64,000 bases of DNA, taken from contig OX597819.1 of assembly GCA_951406725.2 (NCBI GenBank), positions 31,558,001-31,622,000 of the forward strand. Reading direction: 5' to 3'. Below, piece by piece: positions 42,880 through 54,530 of the stretch (position 1 is the stretch's first letter; the number at the start of each line of letters is the position of its first letter). The position numbers were made by a program, and so were the translations under genes. This DNA comes from Octopus vulgaris (taxonomy: Eukaryota). The notes below the pieces were generated by a model. That model worked only from the letters and a program-made list of their open reading frames with translations, was not told the origin of the DNA and searched no databases.

Positions 42880-43205
42880 AGCCGAAACCGCCGCCACCAC
42901 CACCATCGCCACTGCCGCCGTCGCCGCCGCTGCCGCCGCTACCGCCGCTGCCGCCGCCGCTGCCGCCGCCGCTGCCGCCGCTGCCGCCGCTGCCGCCGCT
43001 GCCGCCGCTGCCGCCGCTGCCGCCGCCGCTGCCGGCGCTGCCGCCGCCGCCGCCGCTGCCGCCGCCGCTGCCGCCGCTGCCGCCGCCGCTGCCGCCGCCA
43101 GCACTACCAGCACCACTACCACCACCACCACCATCGCCGCCAGCACCACCACCACCACGACCAGCACCAGCACCAGCACCACCACCACCACCACCACTAC
43201 CACGA
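42880..43205. repeat. GC-rich (CCG/CTG)n-(CCA)n trinucleotide repeat
   Basis: Read directly. Confidence 0.95.
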
Positions 43206-43343
43206 GTCGTTTAGTTTCCATCTCGGTCTGTGGCCTTCTCAACATTCTTGCACATGACTGCCAGAAATACTTCAGATCGCCTATCTCACACCTCTTCTTT
43301 CGCGTGTGCGCGCCCGTAGTATGTGTGTGTGTGTGTGTAAATA

Positions 43344-43374
<31 letters not shown>

Positions 43375-43375
<1 letters not shown>

Positions 43376-43685
43376 CTGTTTTACTTGTTTTAGTTATTTG
43401 AGTGGAGCACCGCTTTTAGTCGAACAAATCGACCCCAAGACTTATTCTTTGCACGCCTATTATTTATTCTATCGGTCGCTTTTGCCGAACCGCTATGATA
43501 CGGGGAAGTGAACACACCAACATCGGTTGTCAAACGATAGTAGGGGAACAAATACACACACACACACAAACACACATATATATGACGGGCTTCTTACAGT
43601 TTCTATCTACCAAATCCACTCCCAAGGCTTTGGTCGGCCTGAGGCTATAGTAGAACCCATGTAGGTGAGGCTGAACCCAGAACTC
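43375..43685 (-). mobile_element. SINE family B
   Basis: Colinear with the family consensus, with deletions. Confidence 0.85.
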
Positions 43686-43691
43686 TTGCGC

Positions 43692-43743
<52 letters not shown>

Positions 43744-43744
43744 G

Positions 43745-44030
43745 ACTAGCACTATGACCCGGCAACAGCTGCGTGTGTGCGCACATACACGCGAGTACTG
43801 TCCAAATCTCCGACCAATCACATACAGCTACCTGGCATTCAATTGGCGTATCAAGTTTCGGGCATTTTGATTGAGTTTTGGATAGAAAATTCACAAGGAA
43901 GTCACTTCTATTTAATAGCTTTTCAGGGTGACTGGGAAAATGTAAAGATGTGCACGACAATCAGTAATTTGTCATAACAGAACTCAGAGTTTCGAATGCC
44001 GGAGCTAAAAGCTTCGAGGCATTTTCATCG
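43745..44030 (-). mobile_element. Helitron-like element, same family as 37119
   Basis: ACTAGCACTATGACCCGGCAAC, then GCGCACATACACGCGAGTACTGTC..TCAATTGGCGTATCAAGTTTCGGGCATTTTGATTG shared. Confidence 0.65.
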
Positions 44031-44057
44031 GCTATTTGGCTCTCTCAAGAAACAATA

Positions 44058-44107
<50 letters not shown>

Positions 44108-44646
44108 CTTATTTTCTGGAGAGAGAGCCATTCTATTTTAGTGCCTTATTACTTAACACACTCACCGGTTCGATTTCTACTCATCTACGTATTCATTTTT
44201 TCGAATATTTTTGTTGCTTTTGCCAACCTCTTCAATAGCCGTTGGCTCTGTCTGTTATTAGAGCTGTGTTCTTTGTCTTTGTGGGCATGTATGTGCGTCA
44301 GTGTGTATGTGTATGTATGTATGTATGTATGTATGTATGTATGTATGTATGTATGTATGTATGTATGTATGTATGTATGTATATTATATTTAATCTCAAT
44401 ACACCCAACTATGTATACATATGTCTATCTATCTATTTGTCTATCTGTCTGTCGGTTGAGATTAAATAATATAAATTTGTCCTATTGTAAAAAATGTGTC
44501 CTTTTTTACAATAGGACAAATTTATATTATTTAATCTCAACCGAAGCAAGGCTCGATAACCTCACTAGCTTCTCGGGATCCCTCTACAAAAAAGTATGGA
44601 GGGGGTCTCTGATAAACCAGCCTCTCAGTCCACAAAAAGGATCGAT

Positions 44647-44713
<67 letters not shown>

Positions 44714-44762
44714 GTCTGTCTGTCTGTCTGTCTGTATGTCTGTTTATCTGTCTGTCTGTCTA

Positions 44763-44850
<88 letters not shown>

Positions 44851-45111
44851 GCTATCAACCCAAGAAGAACTTGAAGTGTTCGAAATTCAAGGTCTCTAAG
44901 TAACTCCTGTAATATTCTCGTTTAACAGGTAACTTCTACTGTCTTTCTATAGAACCAAACACACACACACACATATGTATACACACACACGTACAAACTT
45001 ACATACACGAATACATGCATACACATACATACATACATAAATACACCTACACATACATGCGTGTACATAAAGGCCACATACACACAAATATGTATGAGAA
45101 AGAGGGAAAAC

Positions 45112-45148
<37 letters not shown>

Positions 45149-45762
45149 CGAGAAAGGGAGAGAGAGTGAGAGTGAGGGAGAGAGGGGGATGAACTATCAC
45201 ACAAACATTATGCTCATGATCATAATGATCATTGCCATCACACCTCTACCTTCCCCTTTCTATTTTTCTGTCTGTCTTCTTTTTTTTCTTGCACTATTGC
45301 TATCTCTCTCTACCTCTACTTTCTTCTCCCTCCCACCACGACTGTTTCACATGCCACGCATTCCGTAAAAACGAGATATGTTACCAGAGAGAAGGGGGGG
45401 GGGGGGGTTTAAACATTTATTTTTCTCCCATACACATATATACACATATACGCACATGCACGCGCCTACACACACATATACACACACATACACACTGGTA
45501 TACTCACACTAATACATGCATGCTTACATACATATATACATACCTTTAGATACCCGCACGTACATTCACCTATACATAAATACTTTAACACACACGCACA
45601 CACACTCATACATACATAAATAAATACATACATGCATATAGATAATTATGCACAGATACATATTCATGTAGACACGTTCACGCACACACAGACACACACA
45701 TATACACAGTTACACACACACAAATACACACACACATATACATAGTCTCTGGCACATTCAAG

Positions 45763-46213
45763 GGATCTTTTCGGCTTGAACGGCAGTTTTTAACATAATT
45801 TCTAGGTAACTAAACACTTTTAAACTTCGTATACTGGTAGAATGTGTTTATAAAACATCTTTTTCTCTTGGCTTTATTGAGAAAATTCTATAGTTTGTAA
45901 GATATTTGTTGGGTTTTTTTCTTCAATTTCTTCAATTTCTGCAATTTCAACCAATCAATGACCATCTATTGAGATGAAAACATTCTGTGCCGTATGAATA
46001 TGTCCCTCGTGTAAGAAACAGATTGGGTTTATTTACATTTGTGAAGAAAAAAAGATACCCCCCGACCCTAACCTTAACCCTAACTAACCCTAACTCTAAC
46101 CCTAACCCTAAAACAGATTGAAATGCAATAGATCGATACAAGGGTCATAATTATGGGTGACGATTTCATATGGCACCGCTAGAAAAAAACTGCCGTTCAA
46201 ACCGAAAAGATCC
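45763..46213 (-). mobile_element. Merlin-like MITE copy 2
   Basis: Same TIR; 8-bp TSD CATTCAAG at 45755-62 and 46214-21; internal (CCCTAA)n. Confidence 0.9.
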
Positions 46214-46589
46214 CATTCAAGCTTACCTCTTAAACAAATACATATTCAAACACCAACATACTCACATACACATGCATACACATTAATGCGCGCATCTAAT
46301 TACACTCATCATACACCTATATCAACATACGCATACACACACACATTCGGTCGCATACGCATACAAAACAGAAAACAAACACACAGACATCACCTACGTA
46401 TAACATACGCTTCCTACGCGCACTCACAAAGACATGCACTTGCACATACATACGTACACACACGCATAGTACACACACGCATACCAACAGATATGCGTGT
46501 GTGTATGTGAATATCTCTATGTGTTTGCGTGTGAGAATAACTAAATGCATCAGCAGCTAATTATACACATTTGTATACAGAATTGCATA

Positions 46590-46999
46590 CAGGCGTAGGA
46601 GTGGCTGTGTGGTAAGTAGCTTGCTTACGAACCACATGGCTTCGGGTTCAGTCCCATTGCGTGGCACGTTGGGCACGTGTCATCTACTATAGCCTCGGGC
46701 CGACCAAAGCCTTGTGAGTGGATTTGGTAGACGGAAACTGAAAGAAGCCCGTCGTATATATGTATGTATATATATATATTTATATGTATGTGTGTGTATA
46801 TGTTTGTGTGTCTGTGTTTGTCCCCCCAATATAGCTTGACAACCGATGCTGGTGTGTTTACATTCCCGTAACGCTGCGGTTCGGCAAAAGAGACCGATAG
46901 AATAAGTACTAGACTTACAAAGAATAAGTCTTGGGGCGATTTGCTCGACTAAAGGCCACAGTCACATGACTGAAACAAGTAAAAAGAGTAAAAAAGAGT
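46590..46999 (+). mobile_element. SINE family B, full length
   Basis: GGCGTAGGAGTGGCTGTGTGGTAAG head to GTAAAAAGAG tail. Confidence 0.92.
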
Positions 47000-47041
47000 A
47001 TACATCTGCAGACTACAACACACAAACGCACACATTCACAG

Positions 47042-47085
<44 letters not shown>

Positions 47086-47487
47086 GTACACTCACAAACC
47101 ACATACACACACAAGCCACACATACACACACAAACCACGCATAGACTCAAATATATGCATACATGCGCACGCGCACATTTACAAAACATACACATTTTGT
47201 CTTACACACACACACACACACACACACATGAATTCACACCAACATAACCTCAGAACTGCTATGTGGTAGCTTCACTTGCTAGAAATAGAAAACAAATCTC
47301 GGCATCACTGTATTAAAGGACGAACACATTGGATAATAAAGACCCAAATGACCTATAGGCACTAGCGTAGCTACCAGAGGGCTGGAGAGGGTAGTGCGTT
47401 CCGGCTGGTACTTTTATAGGGGTGGAACCACCTCTGGGTCTGCTGTCAGCAATATATATTTTTTGCAGGGGCCCGGGGGCGGCAAAC

Positions 47488-47916
47488 GGATCTTTTCGGT
47501 TTGAACGGCAGTTTTTTCTAGCGGTGTCATATGAAATTGTCACCAATAATTATGACCCTAGTATCGATCTATTGTATTTCAATCTGTTTTAGGGTTAGGA
47601 TTAGTTAGGGTTAGGGTTAGGGGTGGGGGAAGGATATATTTTTTTCTTCACAAATGTAAATAAACCCAATAAACGAGGGACATATTCATACGGCACAGAA
47701 TGTTTTTTTTTTACCTCAATGCACGTCACTAATTGGTTGAAATTGCAGAAATTGAAGAAAAGAAAAACAACAAATATCTTACAAACTATAGAATTTTCTC
47801 AATAAAGCCAAGAGAAAAAGATGTTTTATAAACACATTCTACCAGTATACGAAGTTTAACATTTTTTAGTTACCTAGAAATTATGTTAAAAACTGCCGTT
47901 CAAATCGAAAAGATCC
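47488..47916 (+). mobile_element. Merlin-like MITE copy 3
   Basis: Same TIR; TSD CGGCAAAC / CGGCAAGC. Sits in a GC-rich host segment (~47360-47945). Confidence 0.88.
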
Positions 47917-48388
47917 CGGCAAGCTAAAGGGCCGCCCTGGGCTTTACAATGCGAATAAAAGGTAATGGAACGGGTTAAATGCAGGGTTCATATGTTTCTA
48001 AGGTAGCTGATGCTCTGATGAAATAGTTACTGAATGAAGGGTGCTCAACGTAGCATCATCAGGCCGATGATTAGCTACGTTTGACACACCTCGTTGGGTG
48101 ACTATGAGAACAGTAATGGGGTTGGGTTTGAGAATATTTCAAGAAGACTTCTAGATCTTTGACCTCTATTGGACAACTCACATCAAATTGTATTATTATT
48201 ATTTTGTTCGGGATATCCGGAAACGACATCATTTCGTTTCTTTTTTGATATAAATGCCAACCAACCCTTGTGAATGGATCTGGTAGAGGGAAACTGAAAG
48301 AACCCATCGTATATACATATTTGTGTATGTGTGTGTGTGTGTGTATTAAAGTTAGCATTGGTTTCATGTTAAGAAAGATATGTGTGTG

Positions 48389-48434
<46 letters not shown>

Positions 48435-48439
48435 ACGGG

Positions 48440-48499
<60 letters not shown>

Positions 48500-48616
48500 C
48501 GGGCTATATATATATGTGTGTATATATATATTCATATATATATATATACAACGGGCTATATATATGTGTGTGTATATATATATTCATATATATATATATA
48601 CAACGGGCTATATATA

Positions 48617-48703
<87 letters not shown>

Positions 48704-48940
48704 GTGTGTGAGTGTATGTATATATATATATATATATATATACATACACACACATGTTTATTTATACGCGCTCATGATGGCTGTCCACTCATTTAAATGA
48801 ATATGCCTACTGACGAGTAGCAAAAATGTCAAGAATGGCCCTACGAATTTCGAATCGAAAACAGTTTGTACAACACTGAAACAACATTCATTAGCAAAGC
48901 CAAGGACCCAAAGCATAAAATCAGACTCACCTGTTTTAAC

Positions 48941-49022
<82 letters not shown>

Positions 49023-49389
49023 TGCAATCTTCTCAAGGAGGCACGCTATAAAGAAAGTTAAGTCTCATTTTCCTTTACGCGTATGGTGCATCGACCACCA
49101 ACCAGGAAACTCTACGTGCTCGTGCTACTACGAAATTATCGTTGACCCAACGCTGTGTTCATCCGTCTCTTTGACAGGCAGTGAATTTATCTTGCTGGGT
49201 TTCTCGCAACGCTTATCATCAGGCTAGCTTGGTGAGGGTGAGTGTATTATAAGTCGCCGATGACCTGTCCATGCAACAGAGTGTACTGAATTACATGTTA
49301 TCAGTTGTACTCACGCAGCAACATACATACACACGTAGGTACATTCTTTCACACATATAGAGAAATACACGCACACACACACGCATGCA

Positions 49390-49421
<32 letters not shown>

Positions 49422-49528
49422 CACAAGCATGTCTCATGCAAAGCAATCTTTTCATACATACATACACATAAGCACACACACATACATACATATATGTATG
49501 TGTGTGTGTGTCTCCCCCCTCTCTCTCT

Positions 49529-49574
<46 letters not shown>

Positions 49575-49576
<2 letters not shown>

Positions 49577-49740
49577 CGGGAAGCTTTATGAAAATAAACA
49601 AAAGACGAAGGCAGGTGGAATACAAACAAACAATTGTATTAGTATGGCGCTCAGGAATATAAATAAAACAAGTCTTTTATGTTTCGAGCCTACGCTCTTC
49701 AACAGAAAGATACACAGAAAAGAAACACGGAGAGGCTAGC
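49575..49740 (-). mobile_element. Penelope-like pseudo-LTR fragment with hammerhead-like motif (49673-49710)
   Basis: UCUUU-CUGUUGA-A-GAGC-GUAG-GCUC-GAAAC-AUA-AAAGA; embedded in (TA)n. Confidence 0.65.
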
Positions 49741-49773
49741 GCATCAACATGGCGATCTGGCGAATCAACATGG

Positions 49774-49825
<52 letters not shown>

Positions 49826-49829
<4 letters not shown>

Positions 49830-50128
49830 AGGGTAAAGACCATGGGATTACACCTAGGAAATTACCCTCCGAGGTACAAGTCCGGGCAAGGTTGTTTATG
49901 AAATACCAGCAGTCGCCCATGCATACCAGCCACTGATATTAACCAAGGGAAATGCTGATACATTTTGGCACCTGTGACGTCGCAACTCATTGCTACAGCT
50001 GAGTGAACTGGAGCAACGTGAAATAAAGTGTCTTGTTCAAGAACACAACATACTACTCGGTCTGAGAATTGAACTTTTTACCTCATAATTGTGAACCCGA
50101 CGCTCTAACCACTGAGCCATGCGCCTTC
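49826..50128 (-). mobile_element. CORE-like tRNA-derived SINE (family D)
   Basis: Minus strand GAAGGCGCATGGCTCAGTGGTTAGAGCG head, then TTGAACAAGACACTTTA..GCTCCAGTTCACTCAGCTGT CORE-like block. Confidence 0.75.
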
Positions 50129-50206
50129 TGGCCGAACGGTCTAAGGCGTTGCGTTTAGGTCTGCAGTCGGGTCTTCCCGGCGCGGGTTCGAATCCCACTT
50201 CTGACA
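50129..50206 (+). pseudogene. tRNA-Leu (anticodon reads TAG) pseudogene lacking the 5' acceptor strand
   Basis: TGGCCGAACGGTCTAAGGCG D arm, TTGCG-TTTAGGT-C(T)GCAG anticodon arm, long variable arm, GGTTCGAATCC T arm, TTCTGACA 3' acceptor. The complementary GTCAGAA is absent. Confidence 0.85.
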
Positions 50207-50212
50207 AGCAGT

Positions 50213-50328
<116 letters not shown>

Positions 50329-50519
50329 GATGTATGTATGTGTGTGTGTGTGTGTAAAGTGATGGTATGTTATCAACTTAATGTCACAGTCCCATGAAAG
50401 GGAAAAATGCAACGGCTATTTAGCCTTAGGAAACACCATTTCCTGTTGGCCACGACACATTTCCTATCTCCTTATGTTTACAAAGGGGATATAAGCAACT
50501 CCTCCAGCAAAGCCAGTAG

Positions 50520-50560
50520 CCAGAGACTAGTTTCAGAGTCATTGCTCATCATCAGTCTGG
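50520..50560 (-). ncRNA. Minimal type I hammerhead ribozyme (intact core)
   Basis: CCAGA-CUGAUGA-UGAGCAAUGACUCU-GAAACUAGUC|UCUGG: 5-bp stem I, palindromic stem III ACUAGU, GUC site. Confidence 0.75.
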
Positions 50561-50859
50561 AATAGCATGGCTTGCTAGCTGTCGATGCCTATCTCCTTTG
50601 TAAACATATAATAATTCAATTGAAATACATTCACTGATTTCGTAGGGCTAAATAGCAGTAGCATTCTACCCATTCATGGGGCTGTCACATTAAGTTGACG
50701 ACATACCATCGCTTTATTGTGCTGCTACTGTATAAATCTCCCTGAGAGATGTAGAAATGTATTATTTCTATTTTCGAAATTAGTAAATGTATTTCACTTG
50801 GAATATATATATATTTTTCAAAGGCGAATAGGCATCGACAGATAGTAAGCCATGCTACT

Positions 50860-50900
50860 CCAGACTGATAATGATCAATGACTCTGAAGCTAGTCTCTGG
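50860..50900 (+). ncRNA. Mutated copy of the same hammerhead
   Basis: CCAGA-CUGAUAA..GAAGCUAGUC-UCUGG; G8>A and A15.1>G. Confidence 0.6.
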
Positions 50901-51126
50901 CTACTGGCTTTGCTGGGTGGAGGTGCTTATCTCCGCTTTGAAAATATAAGGACACAGGAAATGTATCAAGGCCAACAGGAAACGGTGTTTCCTAGGGCTT
51001 AATAGCAGTAGCATTCTTCCCCTTCATGGGACTGTCACATTTAGTTGACAACATACCATCACTTTATCGTACTGCTACTGCATAAATCTCCCTGAGAGAT
51101 TTAGAAATGTATTATATATTATATGT

Positions 51127-51405
51127 GGAGGCGCAATGGCCTAGTGGTTAGGGCAGCGGACTCGCGGTCGCAGGATCGCGGTTTCGATTCCCAGACCGGG
51201 CGTTGTGAGTGTTTATTGAGCGAAGGCTCCAGCAGGGGGTGGTGATCCCTGCTGTACTCTTTCACCACTCTTTCTCCCACTCTTTCTTCTGTTGGCCTGC
51301 TCGCTTAGCCAGCGGGGTGGTGTCATTTGAAGGCTAAAACAATGCGAACGCATTGTGACCAGCGATGTGTAACAGCATCTGATGGTCTGGTAGGTCCCGT
51401 GATCC

Positions 51406-51410
<5 letters not shown>
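51127..51410 (+). mobile_element. SINE family C, tail type 3
   Basis: Same head as 40319; ends TCCCGTGATCCCGTGA then (TA)n. Confidence 0.88.
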
Positions 51411-51475
<65 letters not shown>

Positions 51476-51856
51476 CTTTTACATTTTTTATATTTCTTTT
51501 GTTTCAGTCTTTAGACTGCAGCTGTGCAGGGTCGTCAGCTATAAACTACCTGTCATGTTGCGATACAAAATGTCAATTGTGCCTTACCAATGTTTAAGGT
51601 ATCACGCACATCATCAACAGCTTTCCTAAAACAATGTCAGCGAATTACTACATTCTCATGAGACAAGGTATTGTTGCGCGAAAACACTTTCTTGTGCTAT
51701 CTGCGAGAAAAATTGTTCTGAAGACCATATCAAAATTACGCCGGAACCAGAACGTATACAGACTTTTTAAAATAAGGAATACTGGTGTATCCGACAAAGA
51801 AACTTAGATATGTTTCGGCCAAAAGTTCAGTCTGGCAGAAGCATAGCTAGATTCTT

Positions 51857-52076
51857 ATTTCTTTATTACCCACAAGGGGCTAAACACAGAGAGGACAAAC
51901 ATGGACTGACATGGGTATTAAGTCGATTATATCGACCCCAGTGCGTAACTGGTACTTAATTTATCGACCCCGAAAGGATGAAAGGCAAAGTCGACCTCGG
52001 CGGAATTTGAACTCAGACCGCAGCGGCGGACGAAATACCACAAAGCATTTCGCCCGGCGTGTTAATGATTCTGCCA
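51857..52076 (-). mobile_element. SINE family A with TSD
   Basis: Flanked by AGAAGCATA(G/C)CTAGATTCT on both sides. Confidence 0.9.
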
Positions 52077-52187
52077 GAAGCATACCTAGATTCTAAAGTT
52101 AGGGAGAGGGAGCAGTAAAAAAAAAAGGTGCTGTGACTCATACAAAACAATTTTTAACTCATTTCTCTTATTATATTACACGAAATA

Positions 52188-52570
52188 ATGGCGGGTTGGG
52201 AGAAAGGTTAGCACACCGGGCGAAATGCGTAGCCGTATTTCGTCTGCCGTTACGTTTTGAGTTCAAATTCCGCCGTGGTCGACTTTGCCTTTCATCCTTT
52301 CGGGGTCGATAAATTATGTACCAGTTACGCACTGGGGTCGATATAATCGACTTAATCCGCCTGTCTGTCCTTAGCCCCTTGTGGGTAGTAAAGAAATAGG
52401 TGTTTCGTCTGTCTTCACGTTCTGAGTTCAAATTCAACCGAAGTCGACTTAGCCTTTCATTCTTTCGATGTCGATAAATTAAATTCCAATTGCGTACTGG
52501 GGTCGATCTAATCGACTGGCCCCCCTCCCCCTCAAAATTTTCGGACCTTGTGCCTAAAGTGGAAAAGTAT
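52188..52570 (+). mobile_element. Dimeric SINE family A
   Basis: Full unit plus restart at GGTGTTTCGTCTG; the second unit has the short-tail variant. Confidence 0.88.
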
Positions 52571-52722
52571 ATTACGCGAAATATTTCATTAGTTATAATA
52601 TACGTATTTGTATTCTGTACTCATTCATTTCATGTTTCAGGTTACTCAGAAACTGTATATCAACCCAAATCCATCCATCCATCCATCCATCCATCTACTT
52701 GTCTATCTGCATGTCTATCTGC

Positions 52723-52760
<38 letters not shown>

Positions 52761-52796
52761 ACCTATTTCATGTATGTATCTGTATATATGTATATA

Positions 52797-52980
52797 GGGA
52801 GAGTTTACGAAAAAAAAAACAAACAAACAAAAGACGAAGACAGGTGGTGTACAAAACAAACAGATGTAATAGTATAACGCTCAGGAATAGAAAAAGTCTT
52901 TTACATTTCGAGCCTATGCTCTTCTACAGAAAGGGACACGAGGAAAAACAAGGAGAGAAAAAAAATGTGTGTAGTGGCTA
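52797..52980 (-). mobile_element. Penelope-like pseudo-LTR fragment with hammerhead-like motif (52898-52933)
   Basis: Homologous to 49575-49740; CUUU-CUGUAGA-A-GAGC-AUAG-GCUC-GAAAU-GUA-AAAG. Confidence 0.65.
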
Positions 52981-53392
52981 AAGGCCGCTCCCCCAACGCA
53001 AATCATATACTTGGAATATTGAATACATTATTACAAACACAGATTTAAGCATGTGATGCAACATGAGTTTGTACAAGTATTATTTATAGCTCTCTTTCTC
53101 TCTCTCTATATCTCTGTTCAATGGTGTCTCTCTTGCGTTGCTTTGCGCTCTCACACATATATCCTCTCTCTTCTTGTATATTTCTATCTGTTAGTATGAC
53201 TCTCTCTTCCTCTCTATATTTCCCTCTCAATCGCTTTCACAATTCTTACGAACACACAAATACCCTGTCACATGCTCTTAAAATTACATTTCAGAAAAAT
53301 ACTAACAAACATATGCAGAAACACTCGCAAAAAAAACAAAAACATACACACACATACACGGGGACATGCATAAATACGCAGTCTATGTACAC

Positions 53393-53436
<44 letters not shown>

Positions 53437-53535
53437 GCATGCACACAGACACACAGATACACACATATGCATGCAGGCACGTTCAAATACATACAGACAG
53501 ACACACTTTCGCATGAAGCACTATATACATTCATC

Positions 53536-53569
<34 letters not shown>

Positions 53570-53740
53570 ACACACACGCATTGCATACACACACACACAC
53601 ACACACACACACATGCATGCACACAGACACACACACACACACGCATGCACACGCATGCACACGCACACACACGCATGCATACACACACACATACACACGT
53701 ACACACACACACACTCACGCGCAAAGAAATATTTCATCAT

Positions 53741-53781
<41 letters not shown>

Positions 53782-53867
53782 GCAGCTCCCGCCCGTACAT
53801 GCGTAGACACAACCAGATTATACATGTATGAATGTGGGAACTAGTGCAAGAAAGAGAGAGAATTTTC

Positions 53868-53907
<40 letters not shown>

Positions 53908-53967
53908 GGGGGAGAGAGAAAGATAGTGAAAGAAAGAAGAAGAGTAAGAGATACGTTCATACATACA

Positions 53968-54016
<49 letters not shown>

Positions 54017-54122
54017 GCACACGCGCATTTGCATGTGTTTATATGTACACTCTTGCCTATCTCTGTGTAATCATGTGTTGAGTTTTCCACTTACATATAC
54101 AAACGCACATATACACACACAG

Positions 54123-54157
<35 letters not shown>

Positions 54158-54530
54158 AGTATGATATACGCATATGTGTGCATGTGTAAGTTTGTGTGTG
54201 TGTGTGTGTGTGTGTATCTGTGTGCATATGTACCTTTTTGTCTATGTGTGTGTGTGTGTACGTGTATTGTTTTTTTTGTGTATATATCGACATAGCCTTG
54301 GTATAGCCTAGAGCAGCCATTTTAACACTTTTTTCGATCCTCGTCGCAATGAACAAGATACTAAAAATGTTACAACACACTATCAGTTCAGTTTCAGCTT
54401 TCACATTTCTAAACAAGTAAGTTTACAAGTATTGACATGTTTGAAAGATTGATGCACGCATTTGTATTTTACCGCAAATACAAAGACACAAACACTGTTC
54501 GCGATACATTAATGACTCCAAAGTTCGTAA

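Larger units (their letters stand above)
50356..51115. mobile_element. Penelope-like/retrozyme-like element: inverted plus partial tandem pseudo-LTRs
   Basis: 50356-50610 is the diverged reverse complement of ~50810-51065. 50638-50765 directly repeats ~50988-51115. Confidence 0.8.

Noticed and set aside
46066-46111. Telomere or chromosome-fusion relic
   Set aside because: The TTAGGG tract is internal to a MITE present in three copies.
48030-48065. Minus-strand CTGATGA with stem TGCT/AGCA
   Set aside because: No GAAA follows, so the hammerhead core is incomplete.
49195-49225. Minus-strand CTGATGA...GAAAC
   Set aside because: Stems I-III do not pair convincingly.
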